Assembly: GCA_041661765.1 (NCBI GenBank)
Contig: JBAZTV010000002.1
Span: 139,130 to 203,129, forward strand
Direction: 5' to 3'
DNA length: 64,000 nt
Source of the DNA: Candidatus Shapirobacteria bacterium
GTDB lineage: Bacteria; Patescibacteriota; Microgenomatia; UBA12405
Part shown: positions 49,883 to 60,501 of the stretch, piece after piece
Numbering within the stretch: the stretch's first letter is position 1
How the letters are laid out: each line of letters opens with the position of its first letter
Translations under genes and position numbers: made by a program
The notes under the pieces: model-generated
What the model saw: the letters and a program-made list of their open reading frames with translations, nothing else
Databases searched by the model: none
Told to the model about the DNA's origin: nothing

Positions 49883-50982
49883 ATCTAGAAACCACTATTA
49901 ATAAATCGCCTTATATTTTCTTTTTTTTAGTCGTCGATAAATTTTTAGATATCGAAATCCCTCAATTAACAAAATTCGAAAAAATTTATCTTTCCGACTA
50001 TCCCTCAATTAAAGAAAAAAACAGCGGCAAATTACTATCAAACCCAAAAGTTATTGACTACATTTTAAAAAAATCTCAAAAGACTAAACTCATTCCTGCC
50101 ATAATTCCTTTTAAACCATCCGCTAAAATTGATTTTTTGTGTCAAAAATATAATTGGATAAATATTAGTAATCCTAGCCCTATTAATCGTTTTTTAGAAG
50201 ACAAAATTAAATTTGCCAAACTTAGTCAAAAATACAAATTACCAACCATTCCTTTTTCCATTGATAATTTTTCTCAAAAAAATTTTTTAAAATATCAAAA
50301 ACTTTATAATAAAAAATTAGTTCTTCAAACCCACTTTGGTTGGGCTGGTAATAGCACATTTTCAGCCGAATCTTGGAATGAAATTAAAGATAAAATTTCT
50401 TCTGATGTTATTGTAAAATACAGCCCCTTTATTAAATCTTCTTATTCCTTATTAAATAATTGTTGTCTTACTAAATTTGGTCTAATTCAAAGTCCACCTG
50501 CTCTTCAATACACTGGAATTTATCCCTATACAAAAAATCCCTTCACTACTGTCGGTCGGCAATGGCCATCTTTTGCTCCCTTAAAAATAACCAATGAAAT
50601 TAATAAAATAACTGAAAATTTCAGTAAAATTTTGAAAGAAATCGGTTATAAAGGTTTTTTTGGTCTCGATTTTTTAATTTATAAAAATAAAGTTTTTTTA
50701 TTAGAATGTAACCCTCGTCTAACCGCATCCTTTGGTTTTTATACAAAAATAGAACAAAAACAAAATATCACTCCTCTTTTCTATTTTCATATTGTTGAAT
50801 TCTTAAAAACTAATTATCAAATTAACCTAAAACAAGAGCAATCAAGATTCAATAATAAAAAAATTATCGGTTCTGAGTTAACCACAAAAGATAAAAATAA
50901 TCACACTCATCAAAAACTAAATTTTGATTACCCTTTATCAAAAACCACCAATCCTATCTCTATTTCCCAAAAAATTAAATGA
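49870..50982 (+). CDS. ATP-grasp carboxylate-amine ligase of unknown specificity
   Basis: GFFGLDFLIYKNKVFLLECNPRLTASFGF is a typical ATP-grasp C-domain. 370 aa. Confidence 0.55.
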   Translation: MPKINLETTINKSPYIFFFLVVDKFLDIEIPQLTKFEKIYLSDYPSIKEKNSGKLLSNPKVIDYILKKSQKTKLIPAIIPFKPSAKIDFLCQKYNWINISNPSPINRFLEDKIKFAKLSQKYKLPTIPFSIDNFSQKNFLKYQKLYNKKLVLQTHFGWAGNSTFSAESWNEIKDKISSDVIVKYSPFIKSSYSLLNNCCLTKFGLIQSPPALQYTGIYPYTKNPFTTVGRQWPSFAPLKITNEINKITENFSKILKEIGYKGFFGLDFLIYKNKVFLLECNPRLTASFGFYTKIEQKQNITPLFYFHIVEFLKTNYQINLKQEQSRFNNKKIIGSELTTKDKNNHTHQKLNFDYPLSKTTNPISISQKIK

Positions 50983-52145
50983 AAGAAACTAAATCTCCTC
51001 TTCTATTTTTGGTTTTTAGTTTAGTTTTTATTGGACTTATTTTTATTTCTATTTCATCATTAAGTGAAGCCAGCTCCTCAATTGGAGATAAATTCTTTTA
51101 TATAAAAAAACAAGGATTTTGGCTTGTTTTAGGAATAATTTCTTTTTATATAACTTCAAAAATCAATATTAAAACTATTAAAAAATTTTCTTTTGCCCTT
51201 TATGCAATTTCCATTTTCGGTTTAATACTGGTTTTAATTCCAAGCCTAGGAAATGAAGCTCTTGGTGCCAGACGTTGGTTGAATTTAGGTTTTACCAGCA
51301 TCCAGCCTTCAGAAATTTTAAAATTAACTTCAATCATTTATTTTTCTTTTCTTTTTTCCAAAAAAGAAAACCTTAATATAAAAAACCTGATTTTTTACCT
51401 TGGTCTTCCTTTTATATTAATAATTGTAGAGCCAAATTTAAGCACCGCTATTTTAATTTCAGCCATAGTTAGTTCCATTTATTATCTTTCCGGAGGAGAT
51501 ATTGTTCCTTTATTTAGTATTTTTTGCATTATTTTAATAATCAGTATTCCATTAATTTTTTTATCACCATATCGATCAGCCAGACTAAAAACTTTTTTAG
51601 AACCACAACAAAATCAAGAAACTTCATCGTACCACAGCAATCAAATCATTCTAACCCTTTCTTCTGGAGGTTTTTTTGGTAAAGGCTTCGCTAATTCGGA
51701 TCAAAAATATAAATTCCTTCCAAAAATTTCCACCGATTCAATTCTTGCTGTTATTGGTGAAGAAATTGGTTTTATAGGAATTTTTGCAGTTTTATTGGTT
51801 TATCTTTCCTTAATAAATTATCTTTTAAGATTTTCTCAAACTATAGATGATCCATTTCAAAGTTTAATAGTATCAGGAAGCGCTTGTTGGATTGCCTATC
51901 AAAGCTTGATTAATATTTCCGCCATTACTGCTCTCATTCCATTAACTGGCGTCACTCTCCCATTTATTTCCTATGGCGGATCCTCCCTTATTACTCTTTT
52001 TATTGTTATTGGTCTAATCAGAAACATCGAAAAAAACCAAAAAATGTTGCTATACTCAAAGAGTGAACACAGTAAAAAAGACGATAATAATCACCGGAAC
52101 ACACTTAACTCCAGCGCTAGAACTCATTCGCCAATTGAAAATTGA
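50979..52145 (+). CDS. ftsW: SEDS-family peptidoglycan glycosyltransferase
   Basis: 10 TM helices. LPFISYGGSSLI C-terminal motif. The hydrophilic tail overlaps murG by 83 bp. Confidence 0.8.
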   Translation: MKETKSPLLFLVFSLVFIGLIFISISSLSEASSSIGDKFFYIKKQGFWLVLGIISFYITSKINIKTIKKFSFALYAISIFGLILVLIPSLGNEALGARRWLNLGFTSIQPSEILKLTSIIYFSFLFSKKENLNIKNLIFYLGLPFILIIVEPNLSTAILISAIVSSIYYLSGGDIVPLFSIFCIILIISIPLIFLSPYRSARLKTFLEPQQNQETSSYHSNQIILTLSSGGFFGKGFANSDQKYKFLPKISTDSILAVIGEEIGFIGIFAVLLVYLSLINYLLRFSQTIDDPFQSLIVSGSACWIAYQSLINISAITALIPLTGVTLPFISYGGSSLITLFIVIGLIRNIEKNQKMLLYSKSEHSKKDDNNHRNTLNSSARTHSPIEN

Positions 52146-53157
52146 TAACAAAATTGATTGGCAAATAAATTATATTGGTCGAAAAAATAATTCCAGTGTC
52201 GGTAATAACCCCTCAATTGAATCTAAAATTATCCCAAAAATAGGCATAAATTTTTATTCCATTAATTGTGGCAAATTGGATCGTCGTTGGCTTCTAAATA
52301 CCATAAAAGGTCTTCCTCAAACCACCAGTTCATTATTTAAATCTTTAAGATTAATTAAAAAAATAAAACCGGATATTATTGTTTCCTTTGGAGGCTATGT
52401 TTCTGTTCCAGTAATTATTAGTAGTTTTTTAAAAAAAATACCATCTATTACTCATGAACAAACCCTAACCAATAGTTTAACCACAAAAATTAATAGTCTT
52501 TTTGTCAACAAAGTAGCTCTTTCTTTTAATAATAAAAATCAAAAAGAAAATCTTCCCAAAAACAAAATAATTATTACCGGAAATCTATTAAGACAAGAAA
52601 TTTTTCATCCACAAATTTCAAAAATAGGCGACAATCTCAAAAAAATAAAAGTTCCTATTATTTATATTACCGCCGGCAATCAAGGTTCCCACACTATAAA
52701 CTTATTAATTAAAAAAATATTACCTGAGCTAAAAAAATATTTTATAATTCACCAAACTGGAAAAAATGATTTTTCTGAGTTCAAAAAAATGGAAAAAAAA
52801 TACCCAAATTACCAAGTTTTTGACTATCTAGAAGCTAATAATGTCGGACATATCTTTAATAAAGCAGATCTCATTATTAGTCGTTCCGGTGCCAACACCA
52901 GCCAAGAAATTGTCGCCCTAAACAAAAAATCAATTTTAATTCCACTTAAAATTAGTCAACAAAATGAGCAATTATTAAATGCTCTTTGGGTAAAAGAAAA
53001 AAATCCAAAAAATACCCAAATTATAGAAGAAAAAAATATCACTAAAAAAAATGTTTTAAAAAAAATAAATAAATTAATTATTGTTAAAACCAAAAAAATC
53101 GCCATTAAAAACACTGATAACTTAAAACTTTTAAACTTAATTCATGAAATTATTTAA
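52063..53157 (+). CDS. murG: UDP-GlcNAc:lipid I N-acetylglucosaminyltransferase
   Basis: IIITGTHLTPALELIRQL N-terminal loop. GT28 C-terminal domain (ITAGNQGSHTIN...ISRSGANTSQEIV). Confidence 0.8.
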   Translation: MNTVKKTIIITGTHLTPALELIRQLKIDNKIDWQINYIGRKNNSSVGNNPSIESKIIPKIGINFYSINCGKLDRRWLLNTIKGLPQTTSSLFKSLRLIKKIKPDIIVSFGGYVSVPVIISSFLKKIPSITHEQTLTNSLTTKINSLFVNKVALSFNNKNQKENLPKNKIIITGNLLRQEIFHPQISKIGDNLKKIKVPIIYITAGNQGSHTINLLIKKILPELKKYFIIHQTGKNDFSEFKKMEKKYPNYQVFDYLEANNVGHIFNKADLIISRSGANTSQEIVALNKKSILIPLKISQQNEQLLNALWVKEKNPKNTQIIEEKNITKKNVLKKINKLIIVKTKKIAIKNTDNLKLLNLIHEII

Positions 53158-53527
53158 GATTTTTATTTTTATTATTTTTTTTTCAGCCCTTTTCTACTCT
53201 ATTTTTTCATTTGTAAATTCCTCTGGAGATAAGATCAATCCAATTTCAAATAAAAACAATTTTTATCTTCAATTAGAACATGGTTTAAAAACAGCTCAAA
53301 TTGACCTTACAAAAAGTACCATCAAGGATTATCAAAATCAATTTGAATTCTATATAATTAATGAAGGCAATAATCCAATTAAAATTATTTTATCCACTCA
53401 AAAAAATCCATATTGGCAAATTGCTTCTTTACAAGAAATTTTAAAAACAGCTAAAATTAATAATAAGCAACTACAATTAGTTGATCTCAGTATCAACCAC
53501 CCATATGCAACATTCAAAAATAATTAA
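53144..53527 (+). CDS. minimal FtsQ/DivIB-like protein (by position only)
   Basis: 127 aa. One N-terminal TM helix. Located between murG and ftsA. Confidence 0.3.
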   Translation: MKLFKIFIFIIFFSALFYSIFSFVNSSGDKINPISNKNNFYLQLEHGLKTAQIDLTKSTIKDYQNQFEFYIINEGNNPIKIILSTQKNPYWQIASLQEILKTAKINNKQLQLVDLSINHPYATFKNN

Positions 53528-54761
53528 TGTAATCGATATTGGCACTTCAAAAGTTACTAGTCTTGTTGGACAATATTTAGATGCTGAAGATAAATTCAAT
53601 ATTATTGCAGTTTCTTCAATTCCATCCCTCGGTTTTCGAAAAGGCCAAATAATTAATTTAGAACAAGCTTCTCAAACCATCACTCAAAGTATTGAATCTG
53701 CAGAAAGAATGGCCGGATTTCAAATAAATAATGCTCATATTTCCATTTCTGCTCCTCATATTGAATCAATAAATTCTCATGGGGTTGTTGCTATTAGTAA
53801 TCCCAATGGTGAAATCGATGCCAATGATATCAGTCGTGTCACCGAAGCCGCCAAGGCTATTTCTTTGCCAAGCGGTAAAGAAATAATCCATATTATCCAA
53901 AGAAAATTTACCGTCGACGGCCAAGAAGGTGTCATTGATCCAATAGGAATGAACGGCATCCGACTCGAAGTTGAAGCTCATTTAATTTTAGCTTCTAGTC
54001 CAGCTCTAAAAAATCTCAAAAAATGTCTTGAAGATATCGGTATTAAAATTGAATCTCTGACTTATGCTGGTCTCAGCACCGCCACTGCCGCCCTAACCGA
54101 CACCGAAAAAGAGCTCGGCGTTGCCCTGGTCGATATTGGTGGTAGTATTACCAATATCACAATTTTTATCGAAGGTTCCCCAGTTTTTTCATCAGTCATT
54201 CCAATTGGTGCCAACAATGTAACTAATGATCTCGCCATTGGTCTTCGATTTTCCATCGAAGATGCTGAAAAAATAAAATTAAAATTAGTTAAATTATTTG
54301 AAAACAAAAAATTCGAAGATGATGTTGAACTATCTCATTTCGATATTCACTCAGAAGATAAGAAAAAAATTTCTCTTCAAACTGCCATAAATGGCATTAT
54401 CAAACCTCGACTCGAAGAAATTTTTAGTTTAATCTATTCCCAAATTGAAGCCAGTGGCTTTCATCAATCAATTCCAGCCGGTATTGTTCTAACCGGTGGC
54501 GGTGCTATGACCGTTAATGCTAAGGAAATTTGTAATCGAACCATTCCTCTTCCATTAAGAATTGCTAATCCTCCAAAAGTAGGTGGTATAGTTGATGATA
54601 TTATGAATCCAGCTTATACTAGCACTATTGGTCTTTTGCTTTATAATAAAAAATCAAAAAAATGCAGTGGTTCAAATATTAAAGGTATTAAAACCCCAAA
54701 AATTTCCATGAGTGGACTTTTTGATAAAATCAAAAAAATACTAGAACCACTTTTACCCTAA
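53481..54761 (+). CDS. ftsA: cell-division protein FtsA
   Basis: [14 protein letters not shown] actin-fold phosphate-1 motif, and GGGAM near the C-terminus. The ORF-track start is TTG at 53481. The first ATG is at 53505. Confidence 0.85.
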   Translation: MISVSTTHMQHSKIINVIDIGTSKVTSLVGQYLDAEDKFNIIAVSSIPSLGFRKGQIINLEQASQTITQSIESAERMAGFQINNAHISISAPHIESINSHGVVAISNPNGEIDANDISRVTEAAKAISLPSGKEIIHIIQRKFTVDGQEGVIDPIGMNGIRLEVEAHLILASSPALKNLKKCLEDIGIKIESLTYAGLSTATAALTDTEKELGVALVDIGGSITNITIFIEGSPVFSSVIPIGANNVTNDLAIGLRFSIEDAEKIKLKLVKLFENKKFEDDVELSHFDIHSEDKKKISLQTAINGIIKPRLEEIFSLIYSQIEASGFHQSIPAGIVLTGGGAMTVNAKEICNRTIPLPLRIANPPKVGGIVDDIMNPAYTSTIGLLLYNKKSKKCSGSNIKGIKTPKISMSGLFDKIKKILEPLLP

Positions 54762-54763
54762 AT

Positions 54764-55939
54764 ATGGGATTAATTAAAACTCTCACTGGACAATTTGCCA
54801 AAATAAAAGTCATCGGAGTCGGTGGCGGTGGTAATAATGCCATCAATTCAATGATTTCTGAAAACGCCATCAAAGGTGTTGATTTTATTGCTGTTAATAC
54901 CGATTCTCAAGCTCTTTTAAATTCCCTCGCTTCAATTAAAATTCAAATTGGTGAGAAATTAACTAAAGGTCTTGGAGCTGGGGGTAATCCTCAAATGGGA
55001 CAAAAAGCCGCCGAAGAATCAAAAGAAAGAATTAAAGAAGTTTTACAAGGAACCGATATGGTTTTCATTACTGGTGGTATGGGCGGTGGCACATGTACTG
55101 GAGCAGCTCCAGTTATTGCCCATATCGCCAAAAAAGAGTTGGGGATTTTAACTATCGGTGTTGTTACTAAACCATTTTTATTCGAAGGCACTCGTCGCAT
55201 GACCAACGCCGAAGAAGGAATTTCTCAATTAAGAGAAAACGTTGACACTCTAATTGTCATTCCAAATCAAAAAGTCATGGAAGTCGTTAATAATAAAGCC
55301 ACTCTTTTAGAAGCCTTTAAGATTGCTGACTCTGTTTTAAGTAAAGGTACCAAAGCTATTGCTGATCTAATTACTGTCCCAGGATTAATAAATCTAGATT
55401 TCGCCGATATTAAAACTGTTATGAGTAATGCTGGTTCCGCTCTTATGGGAACAGGTGAAGCCGAAGGTGAAAATAAAATTCAAAAAGCCGTCGAAGATGC
55501 TATCGATTCACCGTTAGTCGAAGTCAATATTGAAGGTGCTAGAGGAGTCTTAATCAATGTTACTGGTGGTCCTGATATTACTATGTCCGAAATTGAAGAA
55601 GCAGCCAGAAATATCACTGAACGAACCGCTCCTGATGCCAATATTATTTTTGGAGCCACTATTGATAAAGAACTTAAAGGCAAAGTTAAAATTTCTGTTA
55701 TTGCTACTGGGTTTGATACCAGTCGCGCTAATCTTTATCAACACATAAAAAAACCACAACAAACTCTAATAAATCTATCCAATCAATCAAAAATTTCAAC
55801 ACCAGAAACTAAAAATACATCAAATGAATCAAATTTCAGTGAAAATAGAATAAAAGAATTTTTAAATACCAAAGAAGTTCCTACTGGAATTGATATCATC
55901 GATGAATACGATATTCCAGCTTTTTTAAGAAAAAAATAA
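54764..55939 (+). CDS. ftsZ: cell-division GTPase FtsZ
   Basis: [13 protein letters not shown] and [12 protein letters not shown] tubulin signature. Confidence 0.95.
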   Translation: MGLIKTLTGQFAKIKVIGVGGGGNNAINSMISENAIKGVDFIAVNTDSQALLNSLASIKIQIGEKLTKGLGAGGNPQMGQKAAEESKERIKEVLQGTDMVFITGGMGGGTCTGAAPVIAHIAKKELGILTIGVVTKPFLFEGTRRMTNAEEGISQLRENVDTLIVIPNQKVMEVVNNKATLLEAFKIADSVLSKGTKAIADLITVPGLINLDFADIKTVMSNAGSALMGTGEAEGENKIQKAVEDAIDSPLVEVNIEGARGVLINVTGGPDITMSEIEEAARNITERTAPDANIIFGATIDKELKGKVKISVIATGFDTSRANLYQHIKKPQQTLINLSNQSKISTPETKNTSNESNFSENRIKEFLNTKEVPTGIDIIDEYDIPAFLRKK

Positions 55940-56012
55940 AAAAAACGGCTTACTCACTAAAAACACTCAATACCAAAGTGGTATCAAATATTTTTAGCTT
56001 TCAGCCGTCATT

Positions 56013-56444
56013 TTATGGATGTCCAATAAAGTACTCACTAACATTAGTTTCGTTTTTTCCTGTCAAATTTGATAATTTTTTAAGACATTCATCTGAAAAA
56101 TTGTCAACTTTTTGAATAAAACCATATTTTTCAGGAAAATATATCCACACTGGAGTTTTTGTTATTACCTTCATTGGTTCATAGAAAATAACTCTTCCTT
56201 GAAAAACAAACCCATCGGCTCTTTTAGTTTCAGGATCACCGGGCAAAAACGTATCACTTTTAAAATCGACAATAATAATAGCTCCTCTGGGAACTATTTC
56301 ATTATTAATCTGAACTAATTGCCACCCTTCGTTGATTTTTAAATTTTTTGGACTTAATTCATAATTTATTAAAAAAAAGACACTTATTCCCAATAATAAT
56401 AAAACCAAAATCGAAATTTTTCTCCTATTAGACTTTTCCATCAA
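56013..56444 (-). CDS. hypothetical exported protein
   Basis: 143 aa. N-terminal signal/TM helix. No domain match. Confidence 0.3.
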   Translation of the reverse strand: MMEKSNRRKISILVLLLLGISVFFLINYELSPKNLKINEGWQLVQINNEIVPRGAIIIVDFKSDTFLPGDPETKRADGFVFQGRVIFYEPMKVITKTPVWIYFPEKYGFIQKVDNFSDECLKKLSNLTGKNETNVSEYFIGHP

Positions 56445-56640
56445 AAAAACCTCTCTTTTCGTATTTTATTTGAACATCAAATTTTAAAAGACCAATCTAT
56501 ATAAAAACTTAGAAGCTTTTTCTAAGTAATAAAAGATTTTTATTAGCTTAAACAACTTTCATTGTTAAAACTACCCCATAATATCATTATTTATATTATA
56601 AGTCAATATATTAGCCCTAATTTATAGTGTAAAATACACT

Positions 56641-59493
56641 ATGTCTAAATTTAAGAATATTCCTAATAATGTCAGTTTTCCTGCACTCGAAGAAGAAATA
56701 ATTTCTTTTTGGAAAGAAAACAAAATTTTTGAAAAATCAGTTGATCAAAGATCAGACAAAAACACTTACACTTTTTACGATGGTCCTCCATTTATAACAG
56801 GAATGCCTCATCACGGCCACTTATTATCTAGTATCGCCAAAGACATCATTCCTCGATATCAAACCATGAAAGGCAAAAAAGTTAAACGAGTTTGGGGTTG
56901 GGATTGTCATGGTCTTCCTGCTGAAAATAAAGTTGAAGAAAGACTTGGTCTAAAATCCAAAAAAGATATTGAACAAATTGGTATTCGTCGATATATTGAT
57001 GAATGTTATTCTTATGTTCAGAATGTTTCTCAAGAATGGGAATGGTACATCGACCATATTGGTCGTTGGGTAGATTTTAAAAATGCCTATAAAACCATGG
57101 ATTTAAACTATATGGAGACTGTTATGTGGGTTTTTTCCGAGTTATATAAAAAGGGGTTAATTTACAAAGGTCGTCGAATTTCTTTATATTGTCCTCGTTG
57201 TTCCACCCCACTTTCCAATTTCGAAATCGCCATGGATAATTCCTACAAAGAAGTCGAAGATCCCGCTATCTCTATAAAATTTAAGTTAAAAAATAAAGAT
57301 GCTTATATTTTAGCTTGGACCACCACTCCTTGGACTCTTCCAGGAAATTTAGCTTTAGCCGTAAATAAAAATGAAGATTATGTTGAAGTTTTAGTTAATC
57401 AAGAAAAAATAATTTTAGCCAAAGCCCGATTAGAAACCGTTTTAGCTAATCAAAAATATGAAATTATTAAAGAATTTAAAGGTCAAGAATTAATTGGCCT
57501 TTCTTATCAACCTCTTTATAGTTTTTTTACCCAAACTCTTCCTGATTATAAAATATATCATGCCGATTTTGTGTCTATGACCGACGGCACTGGCATTGTC
57601 CATATCGCCCCTGGCTTTGGTGAAGATGATTCCGCCCTAGGTAAAGAAAATAATTTATCCGTCATCGATCATGTCGATGATGAAGGAAAAATAATTGAAC
57701 AAGTGACTCCCTTTGCTGGACTATTTGTAAAAAAAGCTGACCCTTTAGTTATTGATGATTTAAAATCCAGAAACTTAATTTTTAAAGAAGAAAAAATCAA
57801 ACACAGTTATCCTTTTTGTTATCGCTGCGGCACTCCGTTAATTTATAAATCTCAAACTGCTTGGTATCTTAACGTTCAATCTATAAAAGATGGCATGAAA
57901 ACCACCAATCAAAAAATAAATTGGATTCCGGAACATATTAAAAATGGTCGTTTTGGGCAGGGGATTGAAACCGCTCCAGATTGGTGTCTTTCTCGATCTC
58001 GATATTGGGCCTCTCCAATTCCAGTTTGGGAATGTGATTGTGGTGAAAAATATGTTCCAAACTCAATTGCTAATTTAGAAGCTAAATCTGGTCAAAAGGT
58101 AACTAATCTTCACAAACCAGATATTGACGAAGTCACCATTAAATGTGATAAATGTGGAAAAGAAGTCCATCGGGTTACTGAAGTTTTAGATTGTTGGTTT
58201 GAATCCGGCGCCATGCCTTATGCTGAACGCCATTATCCGTTTGAAAATAAAGATAAATTAAAAAAAGAATTTCCCGCTGATTATATAGTTGAATATATCG
58301 GTCAAACTCGAGGCTGGTTTTACACCCTTCACGTTTTATCCAATGCCTTATTTAAATCAGAATCTTTTAAAAATTGCGTTGTCACGGGTACTATTATGGG
58401 CACTGATGGTCGTAAAATGAGTAAACTTTTCAAAAATTACCCTGATCCAAAAATGGTTATTCAAAAATATAGTGGAGAAGCTATGCGTTTATATTTAATG
58501 GGCGGTGTCATTATGGTTGGTGAAAATATGAATATCAACGAGAAAGAAATAGAGGATAAAGTTAAATTTGTTCTTTTACCTCTTTGGAATTGTCTTAAAT
58601 ATCTCAACACTTATGCTCAAATGCACGATTGGACTCCTGCTTTAAATTCCAAAAATAATTCCACTAATATTCTTGATCAATGGATTATCACTAGAACTGA
58701 TCAGTTAACTCAAGAATTTGCCCAAGAATTGGATAAATATATTATTCCTAATGCTGTTAAATTAATAACTCCTTACATTGAAGATTTATCTCGTTGGTAC
58801 ATTCGCCAATCACGAGATCGATTTGTTAACGGAGACAAAAAAGCTCTTCAAACCCTATGGCAAGTTTTAGTTCAATTTATAAAAACTACTGCTCCATTAA
58901 TGCCATTTATCACTGAATATTTTTATCAAAATTTAGTTTTACCTTTCAATTCAAAAGCCTCTGAGTCTATTCATTTAGAACTTTATCCAGAAACAAAACA
59001 AATTAATCAACAGTTATTAGCCAATATGGTTTATGTTAGAGAAATTTGTGAACAGGGTAATATGATTAGAAAAACTAGCAATTTAAGCACTCGACAACCA
59101 TTGTCTAAAGCCACTATTAATAGTTCTAAAAAAATAAATTTGGATAAATCTTCATTAGACATTATAAAAAATGAATTAAATGTTAAAGCCGTAGAGACGA
59201 CCAATCTGGGCGTCTCAGACCAAAGTATCAACAATGTCTCAGACCAAAATCTAACAGTCACTCTAGATACTAATATCACTCCAAAATTAAAAGCTGAAGG
59301 TGATACTCGCGATTTAATTCGTCAAATTCAAAGTCTTCGTAAAGAAAACCAATTAAACCTTAAAGATAAAATCAAAATTTTTGCCCCAACTTGGCCAGTC
59401 GATTTTGAAAAAGAAATTTTAATAAAAACACTCGGAGTTAGTATTGAAAAATCAGAAAATGTCACGATCTCTCTGGCTTCCAACTCTAATTAG
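56641..59493 (+). CDS. ileS: isoleucine--tRNA ligase (type 2, no C-terminal Zn domain)
   Basis: FYDGPPFITGMPHHGH (HIGH region), RKMSKL (KMSKS) and the WCLSRSRYW editing-domain motif. 950 aa. Confidence 0.9.
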   Translation: MSKFKNIPNNVSFPALEEEIISFWKENKIFEKSVDQRSDKNTYTFYDGPPFITGMPHHGHLLSSIAKDIIPRYQTMKGKKVKRVWGWDCHGLPAENKVEERLGLKSKKDIEQIGIRRYIDECYSYVQNVSQEWEWYIDHIGRWVDFKNAYKTMDLNYMETVMWVFSELYKKGLIYKGRRISLYCPRCSTPLSNFEIAMDNSYKEVEDPAISIKFKLKNKDAYILAWTTTPWTLPGNLALAVNKNEDYVEVLVNQEKIILAKARLETVLANQKYEIIKEFKGQELIGLSYQPLYSFFTQTLPDYKIYHADFVSMTDGTGIVHIAPGFGEDDSALGKENNLSVIDHVDDEGKIIEQVTPFAGLFVKKADPLVIDDLKSRNLIFKEEKIKHSYPFCYRCGTPLIYKSQTAWYLNVQSIKDGMKTTNQKINWIPEHIKNGRFGQGIETAPDWCLSRSRYWASPIPVWECDCGEKYVPNSIANLEAKSGQKVTNLHKPDIDEVTIKCDKCGKEVHRVTEVLDCWFESGAMPYAERHYPFENKDKLKKEFPADYIVEYIGQTRGWFYTLHVLSNALFKSESFKNCVVTGTIMGTDGRKMSKLFKNYPDPKMVIQKYSGEAMRLYLMGGVIMVGENMNINEKEIEDKVKFVLLPLWNCLKYLNTYAQMHDWTPALNSKNNSTNILDQWIITRTDQLTQEFAQELDKYIIPNAVKLITPYIEDLSRWYIRQSRDRFVNGDKKALQTLWQVLVQFIKTTAPLMPFITEYFYQNLVLPFNSKASESIHLELYPETKQINQQLLANMVYVREICEQGNMIRKTSNLSTRQPLSKATINSSKKINLDKSSLDIIKNELNVKAVETTNLGVSDQSINNVSDQNLTVTLDTNITPKLKAEGDTRDLIRQIQSLRKENQLNLKDKIKIFAPTWPVDFEKEILIKTLGVSIEKSENVTISLASNSN

Positions 59494-60454
59494 TTTATTA
59501 ATCCTTTTTTGTATTAATATTTTAATGGTTAGTTCAGTTGCTCCAAACTTGGTTGGTAAGCAATTAATTGCTTGGGGTTTTGGAATAATTTTATTCTGTA
59601 TTGGTAAACAAATAAACTTAAAACAATTAAGTTCCTATAAATGGCCTATCTTTATAGTTTGTAATATTTTTCTATTCCTACCAATCATATTAAACAGTAT
59701 CACTCGCGGTTCTCGTCGATGGATTTATATCGCTGGACAAACCATCCAACCATCTGAATTTGTTAAACCTTGGCTTATGTCATTTTTAGCTAACACCAAT
59801 TTTCCATTACTTCATTTTATTCCTGTCACTATTATTATGGCTCAACCAGACCTTGGTAGTGCTATTTCTGTTTTCTTTTTAATTATTCCCATTATTTTAT
59901 ATAATAAAAAATTACTTCGACTATCAATTATCTTTGGATTAATTTTTATTTTAATTTCACCACTAATTTACAACTACTGTCTTCATGATTATCAACAAAA
60001 ACGAATTACTACCTTTTTAAATCCAAAAGCCGATCCGTTAGGCGAAGGTTATAATGTTATTCAATCTCAGATTGCCATCGGCTCTGGTGGTATTTTTGGT
60101 AAAGGTTATAAAAAGGGGACTCAAGGACAATTATTATTTTTACCCGAAAAACACACTGATTTTATGTTTGCTGCCACCGCCGAAGAATTAGGTTTAGTTG
60201 GTATTTCTATCGTTTTAATTGCTTATTTTTTATTAATCAGTACTCTTTTTAATAAAGCTTTTTCCACTAAAAACCGACCTCTCTTTATATTTACTCTTGG
60301 CATTGCCATCCAAATTTGGATGCAAACTTTTGTAAATATTGGCATGAATATCGGCCTTCTTCCTGTCACTGGAATTCCTTTACCTTTTATTTCTGTCGGC
60401 GGATCATCTTTAATGGCTTTATTATTCTCCCTTGGAATCGTCTACTCTTCATAA
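59444..60454 (+). CDS. rodA: second SEDS-family protein (RodA-like)
   Basis: PDLGSAI, GEGYNVIQSQIAIGSGGIFGKGY and LPFISVGGSSLM. The start is uncertain because it overlaps the ileS end. Confidence 0.75.
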   Translation: MKNQKMSRSLWLPTLISLLILFCINILMVSSVAPNLVGKQLIAWGFGIILFCIGKQINLKQLSSYKWPIFIVCNIFLFLPIILNSITRGSRRWIYIAGQTIQPSEFVKPWLMSFLANTNFPLLHFIPVTIIMAQPDLGSAISVFFLIIPIILYNKKLLRLSIIFGLIFILISPLIYNYCLHDYQQKRITTFLNPKADPLGEGYNVIQSQIAIGSGGIFGKGYKKGTQGQLLFLPEKHTDFMFAATAEELGLVGISIVLIAYFLLISTLFNKAFSTKNRPLFIFTLGIAIQIWMQTFVNIGMNIGLLPVTGIPLPFISVGGSSLMALLFSLGIVYSS

Positions 60455-60465
60455 GAATCTTAATC

Positions 60466-60493
60466 TTGTTAAGTTTTTTTCCTATGTTATAAT
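60466..60493 (+). promoter_or_regulatory. sigma70-like promoter of rplU-rpmA, near-leaderless
   Basis: TTGTTA (60466-60471), a 16-nt spacer, and TATAAT (60488-60493). The ATG is 8 nt downstream. Confidence 0.45.
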
Positions 60494-60501
60494 CAAAAAG
60501 T

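Noticed and set aside
56445-56640. T-box leader upstream of ileS
   Set aside because: No AAUUAGGGUGGNACCGCG T-box sequence and no specifier-loop architecture. There is only a short AT-rich hairpin (ATAGTGT-AAAA-TACACTAT) abutting the ATG.
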